Part shown: in pieces, positions 36,218 to 46,663 of the stretch
How positions within the stretch are numbered: the first letter of the stretch is position 1
Layout: every line of letters starts with the position of its first letter
From: Bacteroidota bacterium
GTDB lineage: Bacteria > Bacteroidota > Bacteroidia > NS11-12g > UBA955
Direction of reading: 5' to 3'
Assembly (NCBI GenBank): GCA_040386935.1
Contig: JAZKEQ010000013.1
Coordinates: forward strand, 2,399-66,398
Length of the DNA: 64,000 bases
The notes under the pieces: model-generated
Seen by the model: the letters and a program-made list of their open reading frames with translations, nothing else
What the model was told of the DNA's origin: nothing
Databases searched by the model: none
Position numbers and translations under genes: made by a program

Positions 36218-36302
36218 TTTTTTAGTTTTGACAAATGTAACTTGTAAGCACTAAAGATTCACTATGTTAGTTTATTTTTTTAACTAAACAATTGAAAATA
36301 AC

Positions 36303-37475
36303 TTATTTAGATTTTAGTATTTTTAACCTAGCTGTCAGTACAATGAAAAAAGTACCAGCCAAAGCTAATAGGCCACAGATAATGAATGCCGGTTGAAAAT
36401 TCGCCACGTTGTTGTTATACAATAACCCACAAATAGATGCGCCTAAAATAACACCGCCTTCGAGATAAAGGAATAAGGTGCCAATGGCTTTTCCTTTCTT
36501 TCCTTCTTCTGCTAAATCAACTGCCCAGGCAAAGAGTGAAGGCGAAAGCAACCCGAAACCTACACCAAAAAATACCGAAGAGATGGTGTACATCCAAATG
36601 CCCTGTGTAGCTGCAAGACCAAACATGCTGATGGCCAGCAAAAATGCCCCAATACCTGCTACCCATTTGCGCCCGTAGCGGTCGCTCCACCTGCCTGCCA
36701 GAAAGCGAATGAATAGTGATGACCCAATATAAATGGCCATAAAAATCCCTTTATTTTTCAATCCGACATGAATGGTAAAATCGCTGATAAGGGCCAACAC
36801 AGCACCTGATGAAAACACCACCAGTAACATCACGATACCCGGCTCCCACACACGTGTCTCGAAAATTTCATCTTTCTTTATTTTCAACATTGAGAAGCTG
36901 AACTTTTCTTTTACAATCACATGCTCCTTTAAAGTCATAAACATTAAAAGTGAAATGAAGCCCAACATAGATGCAATTAAAAACATGGTATGAATGCCAA
37001 ACATGTTGGTGCATTCACTTCCCAACACCCAACCCAGTGCATTGCCTACATTGTTACAAATACCAACAATCCCCATGGCTTCTCCCCTTTTTGACAAAGG
37101 CACCACATCATCAGCGAAAGCTGTAAATCCGGTAGGTGTAAAACCGGCACATAAGCCGTGAAATGCCCGGGTGAAAAAGAAAAATCCGACTATGGGAATA
37201 AAGATATAAAAGTCGCAGGCAAGCGTAGTGACCACAGCACCAATGCACATCACATTGACACGACCGATGGTATCACATAATTTACCGCTAAAGGGTCTGC
37301 AAATAAGTGCGATGATTGAAAAAACCGGAATGATTAACCAAGTATGAGACTTACCCCCAATTTGATTGAGCAGCAAAGGCAAATCGGGCAACACCATATT
37401 AAAACTACTGAAAAATATAAGACACGCAATACAAAGCTTCCAAAATTGTGGCGGATATGCTCTGTATAGTCCCAA
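36303..37475 (-). CDS. MFS transporter
   Basis: 390 aa with 12 predicted TM helices and MFS loop motifs (GKLCDTIGR; GRWSDRYGRK). Confidence 0.8.
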   Translation of the reverse strand: MGLYRAYPPQFWKLCIACLIFFSSFNMVLPDLPLLLNQIGGKSHTWLIIPVFSIIALICRPFSGKLCDTIGRVNVMCIGAVVTTLACDFYIFIPIVGFFFFTRAFHGLCAGFTPTGFTAFADDVVPLSKRGEAMGIVGICNNVGNALGWVLGSECTNMFGIHTMFLIASMLGFISLLMFMTLKEHVIVKEKFSFSMLKIKKDEIFETRVWEPGIVMLLVVFSSGAVLALISDFTIHVGLKNKGIFMAIYIGSSLFIRFLAGRWSDRYGRKWVAGIGAFLLAISMFGLAATQGIWMYTISSVFFGVGFGLLSPSLFAWAVDLAEEGKKGKAIGTLFLYLEGGVILGASICGLLYNNNVANFQPAFIICGLLALAGTFFIVLTARLKILKSK

Positions 37476-37478
37476 ATA

Positions 37479-39269
37479 TTATTCGTCTAGTTTTAATACT
37501 GCCATGAAGGCTGATTGTGGTATTTCCACATTGCCTACCTGACGCATCCGTTTTTTACCTTCTTTTTGTTTTTCTAATAATTTACGTTTTCTGCTGATAT
37601 CACCACCGTAACATTTTGCTGTTACATCTTTACGCAAAGCGCTCAGCGATTCACGTGCAATAATTTTAGCACCGATGGCAGCTTGTATAGCGATATCAAA
37701 TTGTTGACGAGGAATTAACTCTCTTAATTTTTTACAGATTTTCTTACCCAGATCGTAAGCTCTGTCTCTGTGAATAATGGATGACAAGGCATCAACAGGA
37801 TCTTTATTCAGCATGATGTCCATTTTTACCAAATGGGATAATTTATATTCCGATGGTGCGTAATCGAAAGATGCATAACCACGGCTGATGGATTTTAATT
37901 TATCGTAAAAATCAAATACAACTTCTGCTAACGGCATTTCGAAAGTCAGTTCCACCCTATTGGTTGTCAGGTACACCTGATTTTTGATGGTGCCCCTTTT
38001 ATCCATACACAATGCAATTACAGGACCTACAAAATCTGTAGAGGTAATAATGGTTGCATTGATATAAGGTTCTTCTACATAATCAATATGACTTGGATCA
38101 GGCAAATCGCTTGGGTTATTCACCTCAATGTACTCACCTTTATTGGTATAGGCTTTATAAGATACGTTGGGAACTGTTGTAATAACAGTCATTCCAAACT
38201 CACGTTCCAAGCGCTCCTGAATAATCTCCATGTGCAGCATGCCAAGGAATCCACAACGGAAACCAAAGCCCAGTGCTGCAGAACTTTCAGGTTCAAACAC
38301 CAAAGATGCATCGTTCAATTGCAACTTGAACATACTCTCGCGCAACTCTTCGTAATCTTCTGTATCTACAGGATATATACCTGCGAATACCATTGGCTTT
38401 ACATCTTCAAAACCTCTGATGGCTTCGGCTGTCGGATTCACAACACTGGTGATTGTATCACCTACTTTTACTTCTTTCGCTTGTTTAATACCGGTAATGA
38501 TATACCCTACATCGCCCGCTAATACTTGTTTTTTAGGTTCCATTTCAAGGCGAAGTGAACCTACTTCATCGGCAAAATATTCATTGTTGGTATTCATGAA
38601 TTTCACCTTTTCACCTTTGTTTATTTTACCGTCTAATACCTTGTAGTAAGCAATGATACCGCGGAATGAATTGAAAACTGAGTCGAAAATCAGCGCTTTC
38701 AATGGCGCATCCAAATTGCCTTTAGGTGTTGGTACACGGTCGACAATGGCTCTTAATATATCGTGAACACCCTGACCTGTTTTACCACTGGCAGGGATAA
38801 TGCTTTCGCGACTGCAACCTATTAAATCTACTATCTGATCCTTCACTTCTTCTGGCATAGCACCGGGAAGATCCATTTTATTGAGAATCGGAATAATTTC
38901 TAAATTGTGTTCGATGGCTAGGTACAGGTTACTGATGGTTTGTGCCTGTATACCTTGTGAAGCGTCAACAATTAGCAAAGCGCCTTCGCAGGCTGCAATA
39001 CTTCTACTCACTTCGTAACTAAAGTCAACGTGACCGGGTGTATCAATCAGATTCAATACATAGTGATTACCCTCGAGTTCGTAATTCATTTGAATGGCGT
39101 GACTCTTAATGGTAATCCCTCTTTCGCGTTCAAGGTCCATATCATCGAGCACCTGAGCCATCATTTCGCGTTTGGTAATGGTATTGGTGTATTCCAGCAA
39201 ACGGTCAGCCAGTGTGCTTTTACCGTGGTCGATGTGTGCGATGATACAAAAGTTCCGAATGTGTTGCAT
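37479..39269 (-). CDS. lepA: translation elongation factor 4
   Basis: ORF starts at TTG 39284, with an ATG at 39269 giving [25 protein letters not shown]. Shows [12 protein letters not shown] and a conserved LepA C-terminus. Confidence 0.95.
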   Translation of the reverse strand: MQHIRNFCIIAHIDHGKSTLADRLLEYTNTITKREMMAQVLDDMDLERERGITIKSHAIQMNYELEGNHYVLNLIDTPGHVDFSYEVSRSIAACEGALLIVDASQGIQAQTISNLYLAIEHNLEIIPILNKMDLPGAMPEEVKDQIVDLIGCSRESIIPASGKTGQGVHDILRAIVDRVPTPKGNLDAPLKALIFDSVFNSFRGIIAYYKVLDGKINKGEKVKFMNTNNEYFADEVGSLRLEMEPKKQVLAGDVGYIITGIKQAKEVKVGDTITSVVNPTAEAIRGFEDVKPMVFAGIYPVDTEDYEELRESMFKLQLNDASLVFEPESSAALGFGFRCGFLGMLHMEIIQERLEREFGMTVITTVPNVSYKAYTNKGEYIEVNNPSDLPDPSHIDYVEEPYINATIITSTDFVGPVIALCMDKRGTIKNQVYLTTNRVELTFEMPLAEVVFDFYDKLKSISRGYASFDYAPSEYKLSHLVKMDIMLNKDPVDALSSIIHRDRAYDLGKKICKKLRELIPRQQFDIAIQAAIGAKIIARESLSALRKDVTAKCYGGDISRKRKLLEKQKEGKKRMRQVGNVEIPQSAFMAVLKLDE

Positions 39270-39351
39270 AAAAAAGGAGTGCAAAAGTACAAAATTCTGC
39301 GCGTAAATTCACTATTTCCTGTAACATCAGGAGTAGCAAGGGAAGAAGCAA

Positions 39352-39738
39352 TTAGAATTTGCCGAAGAAATCAGATATATCAAAGTAAACGTTCACTTTG
39401 GTACTATCAGGAAGTGTGGTAATTTTCAACACATCATAACTTCTTTTACCTTCCGACATTAAAGCTTGTCCATTAAACAGATATTCCTCGTCACGTACAC
39501 CGTATTTTTGTCTGAGATAAGCATACTCAACCGGAATACCATCCATACTCGATTTGGCATTTTTTATGTAAATGGCTGTAGGCATGCTCAGACCATCGCC
39601 TCCCCATAATTCAATTTTCCCTACAGTACCTATTAATTTATAGGCTTTATACGCTGTTGGCATTTTACTGCTGGCTGCACAAGCTGCAATACAAATAACA
39701 ATGAAACAAAATGCTAAACGGTTGATGTTTTTTCTCAT
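39352..39738 (-). CDS. hypothetical lipoprotein
   Basis: 128 aa with signal plus Cys (FIVICIAACAAS). No recognised motif. Confidence 0.45.
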   Translation of the reverse strand: MRKNINRLAFCFIVICIAACAASSKMPTAYKAYKLIGTVGKIELWGGDGLSMPTAIYIKNAKSSMDGIPVEYAYLRQKYGVRDEEYLFNGQALMSEGKRSYDVLKITTLPDSTKVNVYFDISDFFGKF

Positions 39739-39800
39739 GACTTTTTTTATTCAAAACAAATCAATTTATTGAAACAAACAAATTAAAATAAATTCAAATA

Positions 39801-40670
39801 CTAAAGTAGTCTATAATTTTTATACTCCCCAACTCTATAGCCGGTTAATTGCTCAATAGCATATAGTATTCGCATTTTGAGTCCCATATTTTTTCTTGAA
39901 ATATCGTATTCAAACTGCCAGTTTTGCTGAGCAATGCGAGGTTGCATCACCAAAGGATGTGTGCCTGTGTATTTTTTTAATGAATCTACTTCACTGAAAT
40001 CAAAGGCTTCAACACTGGCATACTCTTTTTCTAAAAACTCATCGCTGTGCCACAACTTGCGGGCCTGTTTCAGCTTTTCCAATTGTAGTGAAGGATTTTT
40101 GACCCAACCGTAGTGATTAATTGTGGCATTGGCTTTTTTTACATTGAGTTTGCGCCCATCTATTCTGAATCCCTGAGCATCTTTGTATGAAGATATGCCC
40201 TTTAAATTTTTCACTACACGTATTTCGTGACGGTACCAAGTTCTGCTGTCGGCTACATAATCATAACTGCCATAGAAATGTCTGTAATCAAATAATAACC
40301 CTTCTACAGTTTGTTCATCTTTGTATTTTTCAAGCTGGGTTTTCAATGAATTGATAGTGGTATCATCCAAACATTCATCAGCCTGAATATAGAAACACCA
40401 GTCGGCCTTCGGGTTGATGGCTGCCATTGCCTTATTGGTTTCAACCGCCAATACCTTACCTCCTTCTCTTAACGTATCATCCCATATGGTTTCAATGATG
40501 CGTATTTTAGGTTCGTTAAAACTTTTGATGTATTCCAATGTGGTGTCTTCGCTTTTACCTACTGCTACCACTACTTCATCGCAAAGCGGCAGTATGGAAT
40601 AGATGGCCTCCCTGATGGGATAGTCTGCCTTAACAACATTGCGGGCTATGGTAAAACCTGAAATATACAC
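39801..40670 (-). CDS. glycosyltransferase family 2 protein
   Basis: 289 aa. The N-terminus ISGFTIARNVVKADYPIREAI.S.LPLCDEVVVAVG.S.D.T and the later IQADE acidic motif resemble a GT2-like family. Confidence 0.65.
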   Translation of the reverse strand: MYISGFTIARNVVKADYPIREAIYSILPLCDEVVVAVGKSEDTTLEYIKSFNEPKIRIIETIWDDTLREGGKVLAVETNKAMAAINPKADWCFYIQADECLDDTTINSLKTQLEKYKDEQTVEGLLFDYRHFYGSYDYVADSRTWYRHEIRVVKNLKGISSYKDAQGFRIDGRKLNVKKANATINHYGWVKNPSLQLEKLKQARKLWHSDEFLEKEYASVEAFDFSEVDSLKKYTGTHPLVMQPRIAQQNWQFEYDISRKNMGLKMRILYAIEQLTGYRVGEYKNYRLL

Positions 40671-40738
40671 AGGGCAAAATTAAATTTTTATTGTTAATTA
40701 AATGGCCTTAGTCAAATATAAATTATTATATTTGCTTT

Positions 40739-41119
40739 GTGAAAAAATGCATTGCCTTAGTGCTATTGCTTACAATTGTCAGTTCAAAAACAGAGATGCA
40801 CGAGGTCTTTAAGTTCCCTTTATTGCTTCACCATTTCTTTGAACACAGAGAAGACGACAAGAGCATTTCATTCATAGATTTCATTCAAATGCACTATTCT
40901 GAAGGTAGCCATCAAAAGCAAAATCACCACCACGAAAAACTACCTTTTAAATCACATTGCACCCAATTAAACTACAGCATTGCCGATGTTATTTTCAATG
41001 CTGATATCGCCATTCAATTTGAATTGAGTCCCGGACTAAAAACGCCTGCCATCTATCAGGAACCTTATTATGGTTTAACAGGTTTGGACAATATCTGGCA
41101 ACCCCCTAAAACAGTTTAA
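40739..41119 (+). CDS. hypothetical His-rich small protein upstream of czcA
   Basis: 126 aa with a GTG start and a signal-like N-terminus. His-rich stretches (LLLHHFFEHRED, GSHQKQNHHHEKLPFKSH). Confidence 0.45.
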   Translation: MKKCIALVLLLTIVSSKTEMHEVFKFPLLLHHFFEHREDDKSISFIDFIQMHYSEGSHQKQNHHHEKLPFKSHCTQLNYSIADVIFNADIAIQFELSPGLKTPAIYQEPYYGLTGLDNIWQPPKTV

Positions 41120-41307
41120 TTTTTTCTTATAATCCCTACCCTTCGGTAAGGTTTTAAAACATTTTCAAACATAGCTGCTTTATGTGCTACTCCCGCATTG
41201 ATGCGCTATTCAAATGCTTTCAGGGAGATTTTTATAGAAATAAAAATTAGAGCGACAGAAAAGTGTTTTTATACTTTTTGCTTCACTCGAAATTGAAAAA
41301 GACAGAT

Positions 41308-44300
41308 ATGTTAAAACACATCATAACATTTTCAGTAAACAATAAATTACTGATAGGGTTACTGACAGGCTTGCTGGTAATTGCGGGCGTATACAACGCT
41401 TACCGATTGCCCATTGACGCAGTGCCTGACATTACAGACAATCAGGTTCAGGTCATCACTGTTGCCCCTTCATACGGTGCCACAGATATTGAAAGACTGG
41501 TTACCTTTCCCATAGAACAAGTCAACAACAACATTGACGGCCTCAAAGAAATCAGGAGTTTTTCTCGATTCGGATTATCGCTGGTGACCATCGTTTTTGA
41601 AGACCATATCGATATTTACAAAGCCCGTCAACAAGTGGCCGAACGCTTGCAAAAAGTGCAATCGCAAATTCCTAAAGACATTGGCACCCCTGAATTGGGG
41701 CCGGTATCAACAGGATTGGGTGAAATTTATCAATATGTATTAAGACCCGACAAGGGCTACGAAAACAAATACGATATTTCAGAATTAAGAACTCTGCAAG
41801 ACTGGATTGTGAGACGGCAATTGCTAGGTATTAAAGGCATCGCAGAGGTCAGCAGTTTTGGCGGAAAACTGAAACAATTTTCAGTAGAAATAGACCCTGA
41901 CCAATTAAAAGCCCGCGATGTAAACATATCTGATGTTTTCAAAGCATTGGAAAACAACAACAGCAATACGGGTGGCGCTTATATTGAACAACAATCAACC
42001 GTCTTATACATCCGCTCTGAAGGATTATTAAACTCTACTTCGCAAATAGAAGAAACGGTTATAAAACCCGATAACAACGGTCATCCTATTTTTATCAGAG
42101 ATGTCGCAACAATTAAAATCGGCCATGCGGTACGCTATGGCGCATTGACCTATAATGATTACGGAGAAGTGGCCGGTGGCATTGTGATGATGTTAAAAGG
42201 CGGCAATAGTAGTGAGATCATCAGGGATGTAAAAAAGAAAGTCGAAGAAATTAAAAAGACCTTACCAAAGGGTGTTATCCTCGAGCCTTTCCTCGACCGT
42301 ACAAAAATGGTGAACAATGCCATTGGCACAGTTGAAACCAATTTGACGGAAGGTGCGTTAATTGTTGTATTTATACTGGTATTATTTTTAGGCAATGTAA
42401 GAGCGGGTTTATTAGTTGCTTCAGTAATTCCACTGGCCATGTTATTTGCGGTTATCATGATGAATGCCTTTGGTGTGAGCGGCAATCTAATGAGCTTAGG
42501 TGCCCTTGACTTTGGATTGATTGTAGACGGTGCTGTTATTATTGTAGAAGCCGTGATGCATCAAACAGTAAGCAAAGGACTAATACCTGTTAATGGCAAT
42601 GATACGGGAAACGACATGAATGGTTTGGTATCAAAAACTGCAGGACGCATTATGAACAGTGCGGTATTCGGACAAGCCATTATTTTAATTGTATACTTAC
42701 CCATACTCACCCTTGAAGGCATAGAAGGCAAAATGTTTAAACCCATGGCACAAACCGTAAGTTTTGCATTATTGGGTGCATTTATTCTTTCACTCACGTA
42801 TATCCCCATGATGAGTGCATTGATCATTAAAAAACCCAATGGCAACAAACCGGGTTTCTCTGATAGATTGATGGCAAAACTGGAAAACGGCTATAGAAAA
42901 ATGCTACAAAAAGCCTTGCACTACCCTATTCAGATTATTGCCATTGTATCCATCTTATTTACTTCAGCAGTCATTATATTTTCGAACATGGGTGGTGAGT
43001 TTATACCAACACTTGAAGAAGGCGACTTTGCACTTGAGACAAGGGTTTTACCGGGAAGCAATTTGAATGTTAGTACCGATGCTGCTTTAAAAAGTTCAGC
43101 GCTATTGAAAAATAAGTTTCCTGAAATAGAAAAGATAGTAACCAAAATAGGCAGTGGCGAAGTGCCTACCGACCCCATGCCAATTGAAGCCATGGACATG
43201 ATGATTATTTTAAAAGACAAGAAAGATTGGACCAGTGCAGAAACCTTTGATGAATTATCAGAAAAAATGGGCAAGGAACTTGAGAAAATCCCGGGTGTTA
43301 CCTATGGCTTTCAATATCCTGTTCAAATGCGTTTCAATGAATTAATGACAGGGGCTAAACAAGATGTTGTTTGTAAAATATTTGGCGAGAATCTGGATAC
43401 GCTGACCCATTATGCCTCATTACTCGATAACATCATACAAACAATAGATGGTGCTGAAGACATATACATAGAAACTGTTACAGGCTTACCAGAAATTATT
43501 ATTGAATACAACCGACCGGCCATAGCGCAATACAACATGACCATTAACGACATTAACAATACGGTGAATATGGCATTTGCCGGAAAAACAAGCGGGCATG
43601 TATATGAAGGTGAGAAGAAATTCGATCTTGTGGTAAGACTTACAGGCAATAAGCGCAACGATCTCAGCGATGTAAGAAACCTGTTGGTACACACTCCCGA
43701 TGGGCATACAGTGCCACTTTCTTCGCTAGCCAATGTTGAAATTAAAGATGGTCCCAATCAAATACAACGCGAAAATACCCGCAGAAGAATTATTGCAGGG
43801 TTCAATGTAAAAGGCAGAGATGTGGAAAGCATAGTGAATGAATTGCAACAAAAAGCAGATAAGCAATTGCATTTTGCTCCTGGCTACAGCTTGAGTTTTG
43901 GTGGTGCATTTGAAAATTTGCAAGCTGCAAAAAAACGTTTACTGGTGGCCGTTCCCATATCACTTGTTTTGATTTTTATTTTGCTCTACTTTGCTTTTAA
44001 TTCTGTGAAACAAGGTTTGCTCATTTACACTGCCATCCCATTATCAGCCATAGGTGGTATTTTCTTTTTAGCGTTAAGGGGCATGCCTTTTAGCATCAGT
44101 GCCGGTATTGGTTTTATTGCCTTGTTCGGAGTTGCTGTTTTAAATGGCATTGTACTGATAGCAGAATTCAATCGCTTAAAATCAGAGACAGATGACAGTC
44201 CTGAAGACATTGTATTAAAAGGCGCTTCATCGCGACTGCGACCCGTATTGATGACTGCAGCAGTAGCATCGCTTGGCTTTCTACCCATGGCGCTAAGCAA

Positions 44301-45663
44301 TGGTGCAGGTGCCGAAGTACAACGTCCATTAGCTACTGTGGTAATAGGTGGGTTGATTATCGCCACTTTCCTAACCTTATTTTTAATTCCCATTATCTTT
44401 ACACTGATGGAACTCAAAACCTATCGCATCAAATTAAACCATAAAAATGCATTGATGTTATTGATTTGTGTGGCTGCTTCAAATGGCTTATTTGCCCAGA
44501 AAGAAATAACACTTCAGGCTGCCATAGATACTGCCATTAAAAACAACAGAACCATTAAAATAGAACGATTGAAACTCGACTACCGCAAAGCTATGGCAAA
44601 AACGGCAATCGACATTCAACCTACTATTGCAAGTGTTGAGTATGGTCAAATAAATAGTTCGTACTCTGATCTGTTGTTCGGGCTTTCGCAAACCATTAAT
44701 TTCCCTACTGTTTATAAGCGTCAGCAATATGTATTGCGCGAAGAAGTATTGCTTCAGGAAACAACAATTGCAAAAAAAGAATTGCAGTTAAAAAAAGAAG
44801 TGACGGATATCTATATTCAACTTTCCAATTTATTTGCGAAGCAACAATTGATGTTAAAGAATGATACCCTGTACAACAATTTTGCGCAAAGGGCATCACA
44901 GCAATTTGAAAAAGGCGAAAGCAATTTATCTGAAAAAACAATTGCAGATAATCAATTGTATCAATTGAGGGCACAGCTTGAATTATTAAAAGCAGACATC
45001 GCTATTTTAGAACTACAGTTTCAATATTTACTCAATACATATGAACCATTCATTCCTGAAGCAGGTTTCAACACGATTGAAAAATCTTTTTTCACAGATT
45101 CAGCAGCATTGAACAAGCATCCTGAAATACAAGCAATGGCAAGGCATATTAAAATAGCACAAGCGCAAAACAGATTAGAGAAATCAAAACTATTGCCCGA
45201 TTTAACTGCCGGCTACAGCAATATGAGTATGCGGGGTTATGGTGCAGACAATATTTTGTATACAAGTTCAACCCGTTTTCAATCCTTTCAGTTTGGAATT
45301 GGCATTCCGATATTTTACGGCTCACAAAAAGCCCATATCAATGCAACTGCAATTAATGAAACCATCGCAGTGGCACAATTCAATGCAGGGAAAAGCAAAT
45401 TGGCTATGGCGTTGCAACAAGCCTATATCAAATTTCAACAACTAGAAGTAGCGGTTAAGTTATATGAAAATCAATTGTTACCCAATGCCCGAATCATGAA
45501 GGCGACCACTGCGCTAAAATTTGAAAAAGGGGAAATTGATTATCTTGAATTTGTGCTGCTCACCAATCAAGCCATTGCGACTGAAACCATGTATATTGAC
45601 ACATTGAAAGATTACAATATCAGCATTAATCACCTTAATAACTTTACATCAGAACAACCATGA
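41308..45663 (+). CDS. czcA: CusA/CzcA-family heavy-metal RND efflux pump fused in frame to a TolC-like outer-membrane factor (CzcC-like)
   Basis: ORF 41263..45663. The ATG at 41308 gives MLKHIITFSVNNKLLIGLL...YRLPIDAVPDITDNQVQVIT, a canonical CzcA N-terminus. The RND part covers 41308..44406 (1033 aa). From the ATG at 44407, MELKTYRIKLNHKNALMLLICVAASNGLFAQ is followed by 2x OEP-repeat-like sequence (418 aa). Confidence 0.8.
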   Translation: MLKHIITFSVNNKLLIGLLTGLLVIAGVYNAYRLPIDAVPDITDNQVQVITVAPSYGATDIERLVTFPIEQVNNNIDGLKEIRSFSRFGLSLVTIVFEDHIDIYKARQQVAERLQKVQSQIPKDIGTPELGPVSTGLGEIYQYVLRPDKGYENKYDISELRTLQDWIVRRQLLGIKGIAEVSSFGGKLKQFSVEIDPDQLKARDVNISDVFKALENNNSNTGGAYIEQQSTVLYIRSEGLLNSTSQIEETVIKPDNNGHPIFIRDVATIKIGHAVRYGALTYNDYGEVAGGIVMMLKGGNSSEIIRDVKKKVEEIKKTLPKGVILEPFLDRTKMVNNAIGTVETNLTEGALIVVFILVLFLGNVRAGLLVASVIPLAMLFAVIMMNAFGVSGNLMSLGALDFGLIVDGAVIIVEAVMHQTVSKGLIPVNGNDTGNDMNGLVSKTAGRIMNSAVFGQAIILIVYLPILTLEGIEGKMFKPMAQTVSFALLGAFILSLTYIPMMSALIIKKPNGNKPGFSDRLMAKLENGYRKMLQKALHYPIQIIAIVSILFTSAVIIFSNMGGEFIPTLEEGDFALETRVLPGSNLNVSTDAALKSSALLKNKFPEIEKIVTKIGSGEVPTDPMPIEAMDMMIILKDKKDWTSAETFDELSEKMGKELEKIPGVTYGFQYPVQMRFNELMTGAKQDVVCKIFGENLDTLTHYASLLDNIIQTIDGAEDIYIETVTGLPEIIIEYNRPAIAQYNMTINDINNTVNMAFAGKTSGHVYEGEKKFDLVVRLTGNKRNDLSDVRNLLVHTPDGHTVPLSSLANVEIKDGPNQIQRENTRRRIIAGFNVKGRDVESIVNELQQKADKQLHFAPGYSLSFGGAFENLQAAKKRLLVAVPISLVLIFILLYFAFNSVKQGLLIYTAIPLSAIGGIFFLALRGMPFSISAGIGFIALFGVAVLNGIVLIAEFNRLKSETDDSPEDIVLKGASSRLRPVLMTAAVASLGFLPMALSNGAGAEVQRPLATVVIGGLIIATFLTLFLIPIIFTLMELKTYRIKLNHKNALMLLICVAASNGLFAQKEITLQAAIDTAIKNNRTIKIERLKLDYRKAMAKTAIDIQPTIASVEYGQINSSYSDLLFGLSQTINFPTVYKRQQYVLREEVLLQETTIAKKELQLKKEVTDIYIQLSNLFAKQQLMLKNDTLYNNFAQRASQQFEKGESNLSEKTIADNQLYQLRAQLELLKADIAILELQFQYLLNTYEPFIPEAGFNTIEKSFFTDSAALNKHPEIQAMARHIKIAQAQNRLEKSKLLPDLTAGYSNMSMRGYGADNILYTSSTRFQSFQFGIGIPIFYGSQKAHINATAINETIAVAQFNAGKSKLAMALQQAYIKFQQLEVAVKLYENQLLPNARIMKATTALKFEKGEIDYLEFVLLTNQAIATETMYIDTLKDYNISINHLNNFTSEQP

Positions 45664-46658
45664 TACAAGTCAATTCATTTAACACCATACGGATGCAAAA
45701 GTTGCTGGTACTTGTATCGGTCACATTGTTTATCCTAAAAATAATTGCCTGGGCCATGACAGGTTCTGTTGCCATACTCACTGATGCACTTGAAAGCACT
45801 GTGAATGTTATTGCAGGATTTATCGGTTTGTACAGCATTATTTTATCAGCCAAACCAAAAGACCAGGACCATCCTTACGGCCATGGTAAGGTGGAGTTTA
45901 TTTCTTCAGCCATAGAAGGTGTGCTGATTACTATTGCCGGACTGATCATCATTTATGAATCCATCAACAACCTCATACATCCACACAATATACAACAGCT
46001 GAATATCGGTATCATCATTATGGCCATTACTGCTATTATCAATTTTATCGTTGGGCAATTGTGTGTCAATAAAGGCAAAAAAGACAACTCCCCTATTTTA
46101 ATTGCCAGCGGCTCACACTTGAAATCTGATACTTATTCCACCATCGGATTACTGATTGGTCTTGGATTGATCATGCTAACAGGCTTCAAATGGATTGACA
46201 GTGCTGCTGCCCTAGTTTTTGCATTTATCATCATTTTTACCGGTTATAAAATCATTCGCAAGTCTATAGGTGGCATTATGGATGAATCGGACAATGCCAT
46301 ACTTGATGACATTGTAGAATTGCTCAATCAAAATAGGAATGAACGCTGGATAGATGTTCACAACATGCGGGTGATTAACTATGCAGGCTTTTATCACATA
46401 GATTGCCATCTAACAGTCCCTTATTATGTGAATGTCAACGAAGCTCATCAAATTCTCGATGAACTGACCGACATGTTCAAGAAACATTTTCAAGAACGGG
46501 TAGAATTCTTTGTACATATTGACGGCTGCATTCCCGAAAAACAATGCAGCATCTGCAATGTACAGTCATGCTCAGTCAGACAACAACCTTTTGAGTCGCA
46601 CGTACAATGGACCCGCGACAATATTATTTCCAACAAAAAACACGCTAAACAACAATAA
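45660..46658 (+). CDS. cation diffusion facilitator (CDF) family transporter
   Basis: 332 aa with SVAILTDALESTVN, DHPYGHGKVE and six TM helices plus a cytoplasmic C-terminal domain. The start overlaps the fusion-gene stop (ATGA). Confidence 0.85.
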   Translation: MIQVNSFNTIRMQKLLVLVSVTLFILKIIAWAMTGSVAILTDALESTVNVIAGFIGLYSIILSAKPKDQDHPYGHGKVEFISSAIEGVLITIAGLIIIYESINNLIHPHNIQQLNIGIIIMAITAIINFIVGQLCVNKGKKDNSPILIASGSHLKSDTYSTIGLLIGLGLIMLTGFKWIDSAAALVFAFIIIFTGYKIIRKSIGGIMDESDNAILDDIVELLNQNRNERWIDVHNMRVINYAGFYHIDCHLTVPYYVNVNEAHQILDELTDMFKKHFQERVEFFVHIDGCIPEKQCSICNVQSCSVRQQPFESHVQWTRDNIISNKKHAKQQ

Positions 46659-46663
46659 GCCTC

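Noticed and set aside
41120-41307. Weak stem cctt-cggt-aagg followed by tttt after the His-rich ORF, and the GTG-extended czcA start at 41263.
   Set aside because: A 4-bp stem is too weak to call a terminator. The 15-codon extension lacks similarity to CzcA N-termini, which begin at the ATG at 41308.
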